Positions 1 to 12,648 are shown, counted from the first letter of the stretch. The stretch: DNA of 31,564 nucleotides from Paraspadella gotoi (GCA_051294375.1 CM119263.1:4482753-4514316); one strand, 5' to 3'. Notes: a model not told the origin generated them from the letters alone. Program-made: numbers and translations.

Positions 1-433
1 CGAATTCCCTCAGCAATGACCCAACCACTCACTCACCCTATAACTCACCCGATCACTCACTCACCCACCCACCAACTCACTCATCCACTGACTCACACAC
101 ACAACCACTAATCCAACCACTTACCTATTCATCTGGTCACCACCCCGCTCACACATTCAACCATCCACTCTCACCAACTCTCACTGGTCCTTTTTCACTC
201 ACCCACTCTCACTCACCCTTCACCCGCCCACTTCTCACTCTTGGACCTTTAAACTAATACTATTCTATCTTTACCCCTACTAATAATCAATCCTGACCCA
301 CCATTTTTTAAACCACCCATCGCCGACCTTCCTCACCCAATAACTCCATCCACCTCGACCGAATCTCCCACCTCTTGCCTTGGTTAACCGCCTTTCATTT
401 ATTTTCCTCTTTTTCCCTATTCTTATCGCTATC
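1..433 (+). repeat. Copy 1 of a ~430-455 bp inverted repeat (partner 8144-8598); 5' part is a degenerate (CACT/ACTC)n tract
   Basis: 1-20 CGAATTCCCTCAGCAATGAC matches the reverse complement of GTCATTGCTAGGGAATTCG (8580-8598) with one extra base. Internal anchors such as CCTCTTGCCTTGGTTAA (371) vs TTAACCAAGGCAAGAGG (8195) are collinear, with many small indels. Confidence 0.93.
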
Positions 434-899
434 GTGCTCATTTACCAGTACCATATAAAGGAGAGAGAGGAGAAGAGAGTGATAAGATTGTGAAAGTGGA
501 AGCTGAAAGGATAAGGATGGCTAAGAGGCAAGAGAGATGAAGATAGAAGAAAGAGTGTTGATAATGTTAAGTGTTTCCTTAAAATTTTGACTCCTTGAAA
601 TAATTGCGTAAGAAAGTAAAAATTTGATTGTGAGAAAAGAGATTTTTCTGATTTTAAGATCCACTTTGTTAGAAAATTTTGCGGCTTATTGGATTTAAAG
701 AGGTGTAAAATAAGATGATAATTTCTGCGTTTGTAATTTGTGATAGGAAATTTGCATTATTTGTTAAAATTAAGTGTAATAAGAGGAGATCAATCAGTCA
801 ATTGTTTGATTTTTCCTACCAGTTCCAGCAAGAAAGTATCTTGCAGTCATCCTGCTGCTGCATTTAGGCCAATGTGCGGCTACTGTTGTGCCGAGAAGA

Positions 900-3800
900 G
901 ACGCAAAAAGAAAAAGAGAAAGCAAGAAAGCAAAAAATTCTTTTTACTACTCGGGTCTGTGATCATTTTTAAAATCTGAGCGAAAATTCTGTTTGAGCTT
1001 ATAAAACGCATGAGGTTCTCTACAATCTTATCATATGCTATTTAGCGTTGCTTTGAAATAAATCTTCATTATTGGATTCTTCTAAATTTTTTAAATTATT
1101 GAGTGAGCTCTTAAATAATAAAAATTATTTTTTTTCTGCTTCTTCATTGTGTTCCTTTTATGTTAATATCTTCTGCATTTGCGCCAAATCGTCTATTGAA
1201 TCGATCTATAGTATATTGGAAACCAGTTACCTTCTTGGGGGATTCGGGAAATTTAAGTCCACTTTCTGTATTGGGTCTTATCTTCAAGACTGCAGGTATT
1301 CCTCAGTCGAAGAGACAATTGTTATTCTTCTGAACGTGTTTTTCTGGAAAGTGAAGAAAATTATTGAGTTTCTCTGTATCCCGCAGAACGTATGAGCGCC
1401 GGAAGAAAGATTGATGGAGAGAGAGGCAAACTGAAATCTTGAGGATAAAAGTATTTGAGTCATTCTCATCAACTATAACATACCCGTTGGTCTTTTTGTT
1501 GATTTCTGCCTCTCTTTATGTGTCTTCTAAATTTGTTCTTGGAACAAGGTCTATTAATCGTTTCTTGGGGGATCTTTGACTGTTGTTGTGAGGTTGAGGA
1601 CAGAAAAATAAGCATTTATATCAAGTATAGAGTGTATCAATTTTTTTCAGTGGCAACTTCCTTTGTTATATATAAAACCGCGCTCACCCACGAACATTAA
1701 AAATACTAAAATTGATAAAGTCAACTATTTCATGTCGCGATAGTTATCACAGAATAGAGTGATTTCAGAGTATTTATCGTTGAAGCTTTTTGTTTTCTAC
1801 AAAGATTGAATTTAAATCAAAAATCAACTTGCCTCGAGTTGTTTTCTCTGAAGGATCTCGCAACGATTTCACCCAAACACAGTGGAAAAATCGGAAACTA
1901 AGATTGAGAGCCAAGTAGGACTTTCTTGTTGTTTTCCAGTCGGGGGTCTTGAAATCCGGTAATCGCCTTCATCTCTTCAGACCAATTCTCCCGGCGTGCC
2001 CACAGTGAAAGTCAAGGTCGATCCAACATTTTATGATATTTATCATGAGCGTCTGCCGGTTTCCATGATGCTGACAATGGCAGGTTGAAAAGCCATCCGA
2101 ATTCGGGTTCGTGATACGTTAATTTTGTGTGCAGAATGGCTCTATCTATAGTGAGAGACGCGATTCTCTATGTTTGTGGTATATTTAATGACGGCGAGGA
2201 GGAAGTGTTTGATGAGCTTGAGTTAGTGCGTTTTTGATGTTGTTGGCAGCTCTTTTCGGGCTTTCGAAGGTGCAGTTGTTACTAAGATAAGTTTAAGTTG
2301 ATTGTATATGATAGATTCGCAAGGTGTTGTCGAAAAATAGTTCTGCTCTCAGACAATAGTCTCACATAATTAAGAGAGTGAAAGTAGTAGAAATTGTGGT
2401 TTAGAATGCCTTTTCTGCAACTATGTTGTTAACTATAGAAAAGAGATCTTGCTGAAGTGGATTATCATCGCTCGGCAGCGGTTCTATGTCTCATCTGTTG
2501 AGATGCACATAGTAGAGAGATATAAGATAATGGAAGAATACGTTCTTCAGAATATAACCTGCACTCAACGAGTCTCCTATGATGAGGAAAGGAGGCCAGA
2601 GACACGGACGTACTGAAGAAAACGGGGGTGGGGCTGTGAGAAAGCTAACGAGAGGACAAGGAGGCTAATGAATGTTTTCTTTCTAATTGTAACGGGCCAT
2701 GTAGAAGCTAGTGGTCGGTGCCGCTCATGCATGTAGGCGGGCCTGGTAAGTGAAGGAAAGAAGGTTAATAGAATGATTCGGATAGGGTTCATTAGATGGT
2801 GGCAGATTGAGTGATCAGTAGTAGATGGTGAGAGTAGGTGGGAGAGGATACATTTTAAGAGGTGTGGGGTGGAGGGTTTTTGGGAGAGCCATAGCGTAAG
2901 TTATCGTGTATTTTGTGGCATTAGTTCTACCTGTTATACAGAATACAAGGATAAATATCGACCGCAAGACACCGTATAGATAACGTTTAAAAGCTTTTGG
3001 AAAACTGTTAATCTAATGATAGGTGTGCTATCTGTTTCCTTCTTTGTGAGTGCAGTAAGTTCATTCGTGGGATTCACGCAGAAGCGAGATTTTGATGACA
3101 TATTCGATTGTGCCTTTGTCAGTATATAATTCAAAGTCACCATTTTCTACGACGCGCTAGATCTAGATAATTCTCTCCCATCATTTCTATCTAGAGTCTA
3201 CTCTTGCTCACCTCTCTCTCATTCTCTTTCTTCTTACTTTCCTGTCAAGTTAAATCAGCTTATGCGAATAATTTTCTTTCATTTCTAAAGATAACATATA
3301 TTTTTTCTTTATATAATTTTTATCTGTATTCATGTCCAAATCAAATTTCCTCTCTTATTATTTTCTCACCCTTTTTTCAGTCTTAGGCTTTCTCTCTCTT
3401 CTTGCTCCAAGTGAATATTACGTATCTTCTTTCTTCTCTTCTGCAGTTTCTTCTACTTTCTTCTATTTTTCCTCACCCCACTGATCCTACTTTTGCTTTC
3501 CTCTTCTCTATACTTTGACCTTATTCCTGAGAATACTTAACTCACAAGAGTTTGTCGCATGGATACGATGTTCTTCGGACCATTAGGTTCTCAAGTCTTC
3601 ATGTGATCTTTGTTCCTCCGTTGACCATTTTCGCCAGGTCTCAAAAAGCGTGTTTCCCTGAAGCAAAATGATTATCAAATCGCATAAGGGGTAAGAATAT
3701 AGGTTAATTAAGACATGTGAGGGAATAAAAAAAATTTTATATAAAATAATAGAAGAATTAAAAAATAATATTTATTTTGTCCGGTTTGATAGTGACAACT

Positions 3801-4729
3801 TTCGTTGCTTCATCATTAGGCATGAAAATGAACTTAGAGAAATAGTACAGAATTGTGTTCTTCTGGGTCAATTTTTATAGCATTGGAAAAACCAGGTGCA
3901 AGACCAGGAGTTAAATAACTCAACTTCAACTACCGCTAAGTTAATCATTTGTAAACAGCATCGTGAATTTGCGTCTTCTCATCTCTTTCTTAGCAGGATC
4001 GGTCAAGGTCTATGAAGTATAAAAACTAAGTGTGGAAAAATATTCAAAACCATCTTCGATCATTCTTGTAATTTCATTTACTTTAAGTTCTACGAAAAAT
4101 ATATTTTGCACCATAACTAGTTCAGAAATCTTAGTTTAGTATCTTTTTATGGTGAGAAGAATTATGACTTTGTTTGTGGTGAGGTTAGATTCAAAAACAT
4201 TTTTTCTCCATAAATCTAGTTGAGCGTTTCTCTCTATTCTATAGGGTATTTTACTATTTATGTTAAAAAGAGTAGCTTATACATTATGCGCGTATATATA
4301 TTGACAACTCATGACTCGTCTATCTGTGAGGCGAGTATATGTGCGATTTGCTTCGAGCGCAACCGGAAATTCTCAAGACCGACTTATCCGAAATCGTAGG
4401 ACTCGACGATTCTCTGCTGCAGTTCTTTTGTTTTCTAGTTTGCCGGCGTTCAGGCACGGACTTCAAAGTTTTAAGAATTTCGACCTCTCAAATTGGTGAA
4501 AATCAGTTGTTGTAAAGGTGCGTGGTGTAGTACCCTTGTGGGGAGAGAGTTCTCGGGCATATCTAACGGTGGATGAATGTTGGGTACGACGTAGTTACCG
4601 TTTGAGACGTCCGTGGTCGATAGGTTGTCTCTCACAAGATTTTATTCAATATATTAAGTTATCCTTTTTACTTTTTTCAAGGTGTCAGTGGAGCGCTACG
4701 GTGCCTCTTCCTCTCATCTCTCTCTCTCT

Positions 4730-4772
<43 letters not shown>

Positions 4773-7586
4773 CTCTCTCTTCTTCTATCTCTCTCTCTGT
4801 TCTATCTCTCTCTGCTCAGTTAGCGTTTTCTACTGGACTCGCGTGCTAATTAGAGAAAGCCAAGTCACAAGGATGAGAGCGAGCAGCCTAAGAGCGAATT
4901 AATGTTCTCTCCTTTATTTTTATGGAGGACAAAGCTTGGTATCCCTGGCAAAAGAGTTACCATGAAAGTCGTCGCTGCCGCGCCAAACGCTCTTTAGTTT
5001 TTATTCTTCGTGTTCCTTTAAGTTTTCCTTAACCTGCATCCAGCCGTCACTCCGCTGAAAATATAAGCTCTTGCACTCTTAGCCACCCCCTCCACGTTTT
5101 GTGGTAGCTCGAGGCTCGGTGATATGCTTGGTCCTTCCATCTCATAGTCCTTATATGTCCGCTTTATAGTAAAAGATACCTCGAAAACAGTGAGGCGTTT
5201 CTTAAAGTGCGGCCTTACACGTTTATTCTCTCCAATCCCCGTAGGTTGAGTACATCTCTGATTCCTGCGGACTCTAGTATTATCATTCTTTATTGAACCA
5301 GCTTATGCGTTTCCTCCCCAACGTCTAGTACAACTGTAGTGGCGTACTATAGTGTTTGAGCTCTGTCATTCAAATGCTAGTGCGACTTTGTGTGTTGAAG
5401 TAGAGCGACAGTAGTAGTTCATATACCAGCGGACAAATTTGCCTCGCTCATAAAACTTCTTCACTCAATTACGCCACTCTTTCCTTCATCTTTCAATGTC
5501 CGTCTCTCACAGATGTGTGCGTGCTTATCCTCCACTCTCCTCAGTCTTTCTTTTCAGTAATTATTAGACAACTGCACAGATACTAGGCCACCCTTCAACT
5601 TCCAGTATCGGTGTAGGTGAGCTTTCTCCTACTGAACTATTACCTGACGGTTGGGAAATTCCCCTCATCTATGCCTCCCACAGCACCTACTCGTCTCCAC
5701 TCCCTCTCTCCTCTTCCCTCTCTTTTACTTCTATATGAAAGTGTTAATATTGAATATCATTGCATTATTAGTGCTGTATAATATCTGCGTGTTCTCTGTA
5801 GAATAATATTAGAGCCTTTAATACTGCTCTTCTCTGCCTTCTTATATAGGGATCGCAATAATAGCAATAAATCTATGTTAGTGTGGAATCGCTCGTGATA
5901 AGTGTCGTCTGTTAGTCGCTCTGAGGCGGAAGTTAGTTGAAAATGTTAGGGGAATTCCGAGAGTACAGAGAGAAAGGGCGTGAGGAATAATTATTACTCT
6001 AATGTATTAGAGAGGGAAATCCTGTGAGCGAAGAAAGAATGGTTTTGGATGAGGTTTTGAGGAAGGAGTAATAAGTGTTAGGTTGTTACAAAGTAGAGAA
6101 AAAGAAGGTGGCCAGAAATTTTGCTTTCGATAAAACCAGAATGGCACGCAGCGCATAGAGATTGAAAGAGGAGAATGTGGTGTGATGTCGTGTGGAGAGC
6201 GACGATGCGACTATGAGTGTGGAGATGAGCTATCATGAGAGAGTGGACAGAGAGACTATGGAGTGCCATGTATTAGGGAAGAAGACTGCCAATAGGTAAG
6301 ATTGTTTTTGGCCACTGCTTCGTACCCGACTACTTCGCTCTCAATATATAGGTAGAAGGAAGGAATTCTCGTTTTAGTTGATTCATATCAGTCATATCAG
6401 AGTAAAAATGGTTTGCTTGATAGATCGGTGTGTACGAAAAGTTTCATTTTCTTTTCGATAAAGTGTAAACAATAAGGATTATATATCAACCCTGCTTAGA
6501 GCGCCTAAGTGTTGAAATGTGTAAGCTTGGTTACAGTTGTATTATACTTGATTGCGAAAACGTGTCCGGATGGAGGGGCGATTGACAATACAATAAAGAT
6601 TGGGGACATTGGAATGAGTGGAGATTGGGATGTTTTCTCCTCTATGACTCCTGTGAACCTACTCATTACCAGCCCGTAGATAGTGTTCAAATACGTAATA
6701 ATATCTGCTCATTCTATAGTGTTATATAATTTGATGTTATATTATTTTATTTCAGTAAACAATTTAAGGTTTGCAAAAAATCAGTTTTACAAAATTCACT
6801 TCCACAATAACAGACAATCAGTTCGAACTGCATATGTACTCTCTGTGAGGACCGTGTTATGTGTTCCATTAATACTATATGTAATAATCTTTGCATCATT
6901 ACTCGCACTTAGTGCTCATCTCCTTACACTGCTGTGTTTTTTGTTATTTTGTCGCTAAATAGAAACGTGCATATCACGCCTCTAGACATTGTTAGAGAGT
7001 CATCACATATCCAACTATATACTCTATTAGAAAACATCTCCCTCTCTCCTGAAATCGAGTGACCACTACTGTATAAAAGCTTCTTAGAGTAGTGAACTTC
7101 AGTATTTAGACATCGGTATTACTCTTATCTCGTTGACCTCGCAAATAATGTATACTCCCTCGACCTCTTGTATCGCAGATTATTTGAGTTCCTACTAAGT
7201 CAGGACATCAACCCTGACGCGCGGAACTAGACTTGCGGCGAGTCATAGCTTTGTTCCTATAGTGATTATTCCTTTCTCTGACCGTTGTGTTTCATGCTCC
7301 TTGCTTGTAATGTGCAGACCAATTGATTAGTGTTGTTATTGTTCAACTAGTATACCGTATGATTGTGACTGCAGGCGCGAATGATCTCATCTATTTGAGT
7401 GTCTTGCTTTTGTTATTTTTCTTTCGCATTTTTGCTTTGCGTAAATTGTTAATTGTTCAATTTAACATCTTAGCTTTGCCTAGACGGTGAGTGAAAGCGG
7501 TCAACTTCTAATTTATTCTCAATAATTGAGGCCGCAACTCCTGCCCAACCTTAAGTTAAGAAATCTTGGCATACTTTCTCTCTCTG
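900..7586 (+). repeat. Degraded, insertion-inflated collinear copy of ~9900-13289 (probable noisy long-read fill)
   Basis: Ordered anchors: GCTCTTTTCGGGCTTTCGA (~2249 / ~10604); TTTATTCAATAT (4641 / 11541); GGACAAAGCTTGGTATCCCTGGCAAAAGAGTTACCATG (4927 / 11819); CATCCAGCCGTCACTCC (5037 / 11920); ACTGCCAATA (6285 / 12656); GTGAGTGAAAG.GGTCAACT (7487 / 13226). Anchors before ~2050 are weaker, so the start is approximate. Confidence 0.85.
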
Positions 7587-7611
7587 NNNNNNNNNNNNNN
7601 NNNNNNNNNNN

Positions 7612-8146
7612 GAGAGAGAGAGAGAGAGAGAGAGAATTTACTCGAAATAATCTCAAATTGAGTCTTTTTTTCGCATGTTATCACGGTGATTTTCGAGCTT
7701 GTGAATGCTTATGCCTCACAGAGGCGCTGGCTTTGTTTTCCTTGGTCTTGAAAGCCGTGATGAGTCAAGGCGAGAAATTTTATGCATATTTATAGGCGTC
7801 TGCCGTCTGATGATGAGAAAAAGCAAATTCGGGCGTTAGATAATTTGTGGAGGCATTAGGACGCGATTTCTTATGTTTAAAGAGGCGAGGAGATGTTTGA
7901 TGGAGTTAGTTGGCTTTTGATGTTGTTGGGCAGCTCTTATCGGGCTTTCGAGGGTGTTAACTAAGATACGTTTAAAGTACATTGTTGATGTTAATAAGCG
8001 TTGGGTGTTGCGAACTGCTCAGAAAAGGCTGATTTAGGTGAAAGTTAGTAGAAATTGTAGAATGCCATTTCGAATGTTTACTTGAGACTGATGGATTCAG
8101 GAGGCGTTCTCTACTCTTGGCGCTAGAAAAGAAAGGTGTTTCAGAT
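7612..8146 (+). repeat. Direct duplicate of 10231-10818 (GA tract plus ~510 bp unique sequence)
   Basis: Shares e.g. GATTTTCGAGCTTGTGAATGCTTATGCCTCACAGAGGCGCT and GGGTGTTGCGAACTGCTCAGAAAAGGCTGATTTAGGTGAAAGTTAGTAGAAATTGT with the 10.3-10.8 kb copy; differences are mostly small indels. Confidence 0.95.
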
Positions 8147-8598
8147 AGGCGATAAGAATTAGAGAAAAAGAGGAAAATTTAATGGAAAAGGCGCTTAACC
8201 AAGGCAAGAGGTTGGGAGATTCGTGTCGAGCGTGGATGGAGTTATATGGGTGAGGAAGGTCGGCGAATGGGTGGGTTTAAAAATGGTGCTTCAGGAATTG
8301 GATTATTAGTAGGGATAAGATAGATAGTATTATTAAAGTTCCAAGAGTGAGAAGTGGGCGGCGGTGAAGGTGTGAGTGAGAGTGGGTGAGTGAAAAAGGA
8401 CCAGTAGGAGAGTTTGGTGAGAGCTGGGTATGATGTAATGTGTGAGCCGGGTGTGACCAGATTGAAAATAAGGTAAGTGTTGAATAGTGGTTGTGCTGTG
8501 CGAGGTCAGTGGATGAGTGAGCTTGGGTTGGGTGGTGAGGAGTGATCGGGTGAGTATTAGGTGAGGTGAGTGGATTGGCGTCATTGCTAGGGAATTCG
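8144..8598 (-). repeat. Copy 2 (inverted) of window 1-433
   Basis: Reverse complement aligns collinearly to 1-433 by eye. It is fused directly to the end of the 7612-8146 duplicate at ...TTTCAGAT/AGGCGATAAG. Confidence 0.93.
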
Positions 8599-8664
8599 AG
8601 CGGAAAAGAGATCTTAAAATGAGAATCGGGATCGCGAACCTAAAACCCAGAAAAGTGATGGATA

Positions 8665-8769
8665 GAGACGAGAGGAGATGAGAGAGAGAAGAGAGAGAGA
8701 GAGAGGAAGAGAGAGGAAGAGAGAGAGCAGAGAGAGAGAGAAAGAGAGAGAGAGGGAGACGGAGTGAGA

Positions 8770-8810
<41 letters not shown>

Positions 8811-8860
8811 AGAAGAGGAGAGAGAGAGGGTGGGAGAGAGAGAGAGAGAGATGAGGAGAG
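8665..8860. repeat. Imperfect (GA)n microsatellite
   Basis: Seen directly. Confidence 0.95.
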
Positions 8861-8946
8861 AATACAGAAGGCGAAACCGGTCTTCGACTCAATGAGCTTT
8901 CACAGACGGGCGAGAGAAGTGGAATGCCTTGGAAGAATCACGGGAA

Positions 8947-9107
8947 CCACGACGATGAACAAACGACGATGACCGATAACGATCAAACGACGAAGACTTA
9001 CGATGACGATAAAACGCATGACAACGACGATGACGGATAACGATGACACGACGATGACGGTATATAGATGACAACGACGATGACTACGACGTACCATGAC
9101 GATGACG
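8947..9107. repeat. Degenerate (GAC/GAT)n trinucleotide tract
   Basis: Runs of ACGACGATG seen directly. Confidence 0.9.
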
Positions 9108-9354
9108 TCACTGTCGGACGGGAAGCGCGCGACTATTATCTATGAGGCAAAGAGATAATAAATAAAAAAAACAAATCTTTATGAGCGAGTTTTAAATTCC
9201 TCAGTTATACGACGAACATTCACTGCCGAACAGAAAAGGACTTACGGAATTTTAAGAGAGAAGAAGAAAGAGATGAGACATTTCCGGAGAGAGAGAAAAA
9301 AAATGACAGAGAAAAGAGGCGATTCCGGCGCGAAAACGACTTGTATCGAAGGGC

Positions 9355-9400
<46 letters not shown>

Positions 9401-9659
9401 TAGAGACGAGACGAGAGATCTAAATTATCTAAGAGAGAGAGAGAAAGCTTCGTCCTCGGCCAACTCGGGTGACACAATAGATGGAGGGAGTTGTTGGATA
9501 AGGTTTTCCTCGAAAATGAACAATGGGAAGAAAGAGAATAAAATTCGGCCCGAAACGGAAAACGACAAAGCGAGGAATCGACAGACCGACCAACCGACAA
9601 ACGGATACCGTAATCGCGATATCCTAATGTTTCTCTGTGCGTCGCTGAAGACAAATGGA

Positions 9660-9763
9660 CGCCGCCGGCCCGCCGCGGCGCCCGCCGCGCCGCCGCCGCC
9701 CGCGCCGCCGCCGCCGCCGCACGCCGCCGCTGCCAACGCCGCTGCCGCTGTCGCTGCCCCCGC
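9660..9763. repeat. (GCC)n / (GCT)n GC-rich trinucleotide tract
   Basis: Seen directly; it explains the poly-Ala/Pro/Arg/Gly ORFs here. Confidence 0.92.
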
Positions 9764-10230
9764 CAGGATTCCCAACTCTTCGAGGATCTCTTGCCATTTG
9801 CACCGGTTTTTCAAGAAAAGATAAAAACGATTTTTTTGGGTTGGTAAATCTGATGAATTAGGGACAATAAAATAGAAATCTAACAAATATTTTATGGAGC
9901 AAAAAACCCAAAAAAAAACTTAACTAAAATGTGCGAAAAAGTAGCAACGTAATTTTATTTATTATTATTATCGCTATATTCCCGCTTTTTTTTCTCGCTT
10001 TATTCTCCCTCTATCCCTCTATCATTCTGCCCATTTCACTCCATTTTCCTTTAATTCTCGTTCATCTTGCTTGCACTTCTTGCTTCGTTCTCCCTCCATT
10101 CTCCTCCGACAGAACATTTGTTCATTTTTCTTCTTTCCTTCCTCTCCATTCTCTTTCGGGGAGAGAAATCAATCGAGGAAAAGGAAGAACCCGTTCTTCG
10201 CCAAACCTTCATTCACAGGACGATATGCGG

Positions 10231-10234
10231 AGAG

Positions 10235-10301
<67 letters not shown>

Positions 10302-10818
10302 ATTACTCGAGATAATCCTCAAATTGAGTCTTTTTCGCATTTTACACGCGTGGATTTTCGAGCTTGTGAATGCTTATGCCTCACAGAGGCGCTTGGCTTT
10401 TTTTCTGGGTCTTGAAAGCCGTGATGAGTAAGCGCGAGAAATTTATGCATTTATTAGCGTCTGGCCGTCTGATGAATGCAAGAAAAAGCAATATTCGGCG
10501 GCGTTAGATAATTTGTGGAGGAATTTAGGCACGCGATTTCTTATTGTTTAATGAGCGAGGAGATGTTGATGGAGTTTAGTTAGCTTTGATGGTTGTTGGG
10601 CAAGCTCTTTTCGGGCTTTCGAGGGGTGTTTTACTAAGAATAACAGTTTAAGTTGATGTTGAATAAGGCGTTGGGTGTTGCGAACTGCTCAGAAAAGGCT
10701 GATTTAGGTGAAAGTTAGTAGAAATTGTTAGAATGGCCTTTTTCGAGATGTTTAACTGAACTGATGATTCCAGGCAGGCGTTCCTCTACTCTTGGTGTCA
10801 GAAGAGGTGTTTTCAGAT
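10231..10818 (+). repeat. Second copy of the segment duplicated at 7612-8146 (third, degraded copy at ~1700-2550)
   Basis: Direct visual alignment, same anchors as for 7612-8146. Confidence 0.95.
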
Positions 10819-11830
10819 TATGCCTGCCTGCCATCCTTGAGGAAAAGAAGGAGAAAAAGGGGCGAGAAAGAAGAGAGAAGCGTTGGAGTATTACGGGATG
10901 GAGATAATGAAACAGAGAGGCTGTACGGAAAGGTTGAGATAGGTGATGGTGGTGAAAGAGATGGTGGAAAATGAAGAATGAGGGTGGGGGGGGGGCAGGC
11001 GAAGGGACATTTAAAGAAAAGACCCCGAGTAGACGAAGTTTTACAAAAACTTTGGAAAAAACTTTAATGATATGAGGGATGAGACAACGACATGCAGATA
11101 AAACTTACACAAAGATCTCTCTCTCTCTCTCACTCTCACTCTCTGCTCTCCTCCTCTCCTCTCTTCTCCCTCTCTCTACCTCCTTCTTCTCCAGCTCCCC
11201 CCTTTCTCTCTCCTCCTCTCCTCTCTCCCATTCTGTCCAAAAGTGTTTGAAGATGATTGATGATTTTAATCATCACTGTAATCTGTGAATTTTTCGCCAT
11301 ATGAAGAAAAGCGTGGGGAATTAATCACGGTGATAGAAGGCAATGATGTCGCTACAAGACGACGAAACGCACGACGACGACGAACGACTAACGAAAATGA
11401 CGACGATTCGTTGCTTTGTTCTTTGTGAGCCTCAAATTATTTCGACCTCAAAGTGAAAATTGCGGTCGAGCTTTCGGATTCGTGAATGTTGGAACACCAC
11501 AAGGTAGATCTCACGTTTACGTTGGAAGGTCTAATTGCAATTTATTCAATATTTAAGTTCACTTTTTCTTTCTAATTCAGCTCTATCTGTCCTCTTCCTC
11601 GCCGCGATCTTCTCTCTCTCCTCTGTCTCCTCCTCTCTCCTCGCTCCCCTCTCTCGGTCACTCCTCTCTCGTCCTCGCTCGAGTGCTCTCCTCCTCTGGT
11701 CTCTCTCTCGTCTCTCTCTCATATCTTCTCTCGTCTGTCTATCTNNNNNNNNNNNNNNNNNNNNNNNNNCTCTCTCTCTCTTTCTCTTGCGTCCCCAGAG
11801 CGGAGCTTTTCTTTATTTGGACAAAGCTTG

Positions 11831-11861
11831 GTATCCCTGGCAAAAGAGTTACCATGGAAAC
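11831..11861 (+). promoter_or_regulatory. Putative tandem RFX X-box motifs
   Basis: GTTACCATGGAAAC (11848-11861) fits the X-box pattern GTTNCCATGGNAAC. GTATCCCTGGCAAA (11831-11844) is a degenerate second site 3 bp upstream. Motif match only. Confidence 0.4.
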
Positions 11862-12616
11862 TCGTGGCGCCAAACGCTCTTGTTTTTNNNNNNNNNNGTC
11901 TTTAAGTTCGTCCTTAACCCATCCAGCCGTCACTCCCCTAAAATAAAGCTCTCACTCTTGCCACCCCCTCCTTGTACGAGGCGGAGTGGTCCTTCCTCCT
12001 TCCTTAATTCCTTACCTTTACAGAAAACCAAAACAGACGCTTCTTCATCGGCCTTACTTTTTCCCCACCCGCGTAAATCTTTCTGCGGCTCAGTATAATC
12101 CTGAACCACTGATGCTTTCCTCCCCAACGTCAGACGACAATGTAACTGCGTCTGGGGTCACAAAGCAGCGTTGTTTAAAGACCAATGACCCGTCCGGAGT
12201 CAACGGACAATTCCTATAAAACCTTCACTCATGCTCCACCTCCTCCTTACAATAGCTCCTTCTCCACTTTATACTTGCTCCACTCCTCCTCATCTTTGCT
12301 CCACCACCTCCCTCCTCCTCTCCCTACTTCATGAATTATGAATCGTTATCGATTCGTCGTCTCGAAAAAAAANNNNNNNNNNNNNNNNNNNNNNNNNNNN
12401 NNNNNNNNNNNNNNNNNNNNNNNNNNNNNNNNNNNNNNNNNNNNNNNNNNNNNNNNNNNNNNNNNNNNNNNNNNNNNNNNNNNNNNNNNNNNNNNNNNNN
12501 NNNNNNNNNNNNNNNNNNNNNNNNNNNNNNNNNNNNNNNNNNNNNNNNNNNNNNNNNNNNNNNNNNNNNNNNNNNNNNNNNNNNNNNNNNNNNNNNNNNN
12601 NNNNNNNNNNNNNNNN

Positions 12617-12648
<32 letters not shown>

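Noticed and set aside
740-7586. All short ORFs in the first 7.6 kb
   Set aside because: No recognisable motifs, and they lie in sequence that appears to be an error-inflated copy of downstream DNA.
8614-10431. ORFs with poly-(RE), poly-(SL), poly-Ala/Pro (e.g. 9273-9824, 9931-10431)
   Set aside because: Translations of GA and GCC microsatellites, open in several frames on both strands, with no domain or splice support.
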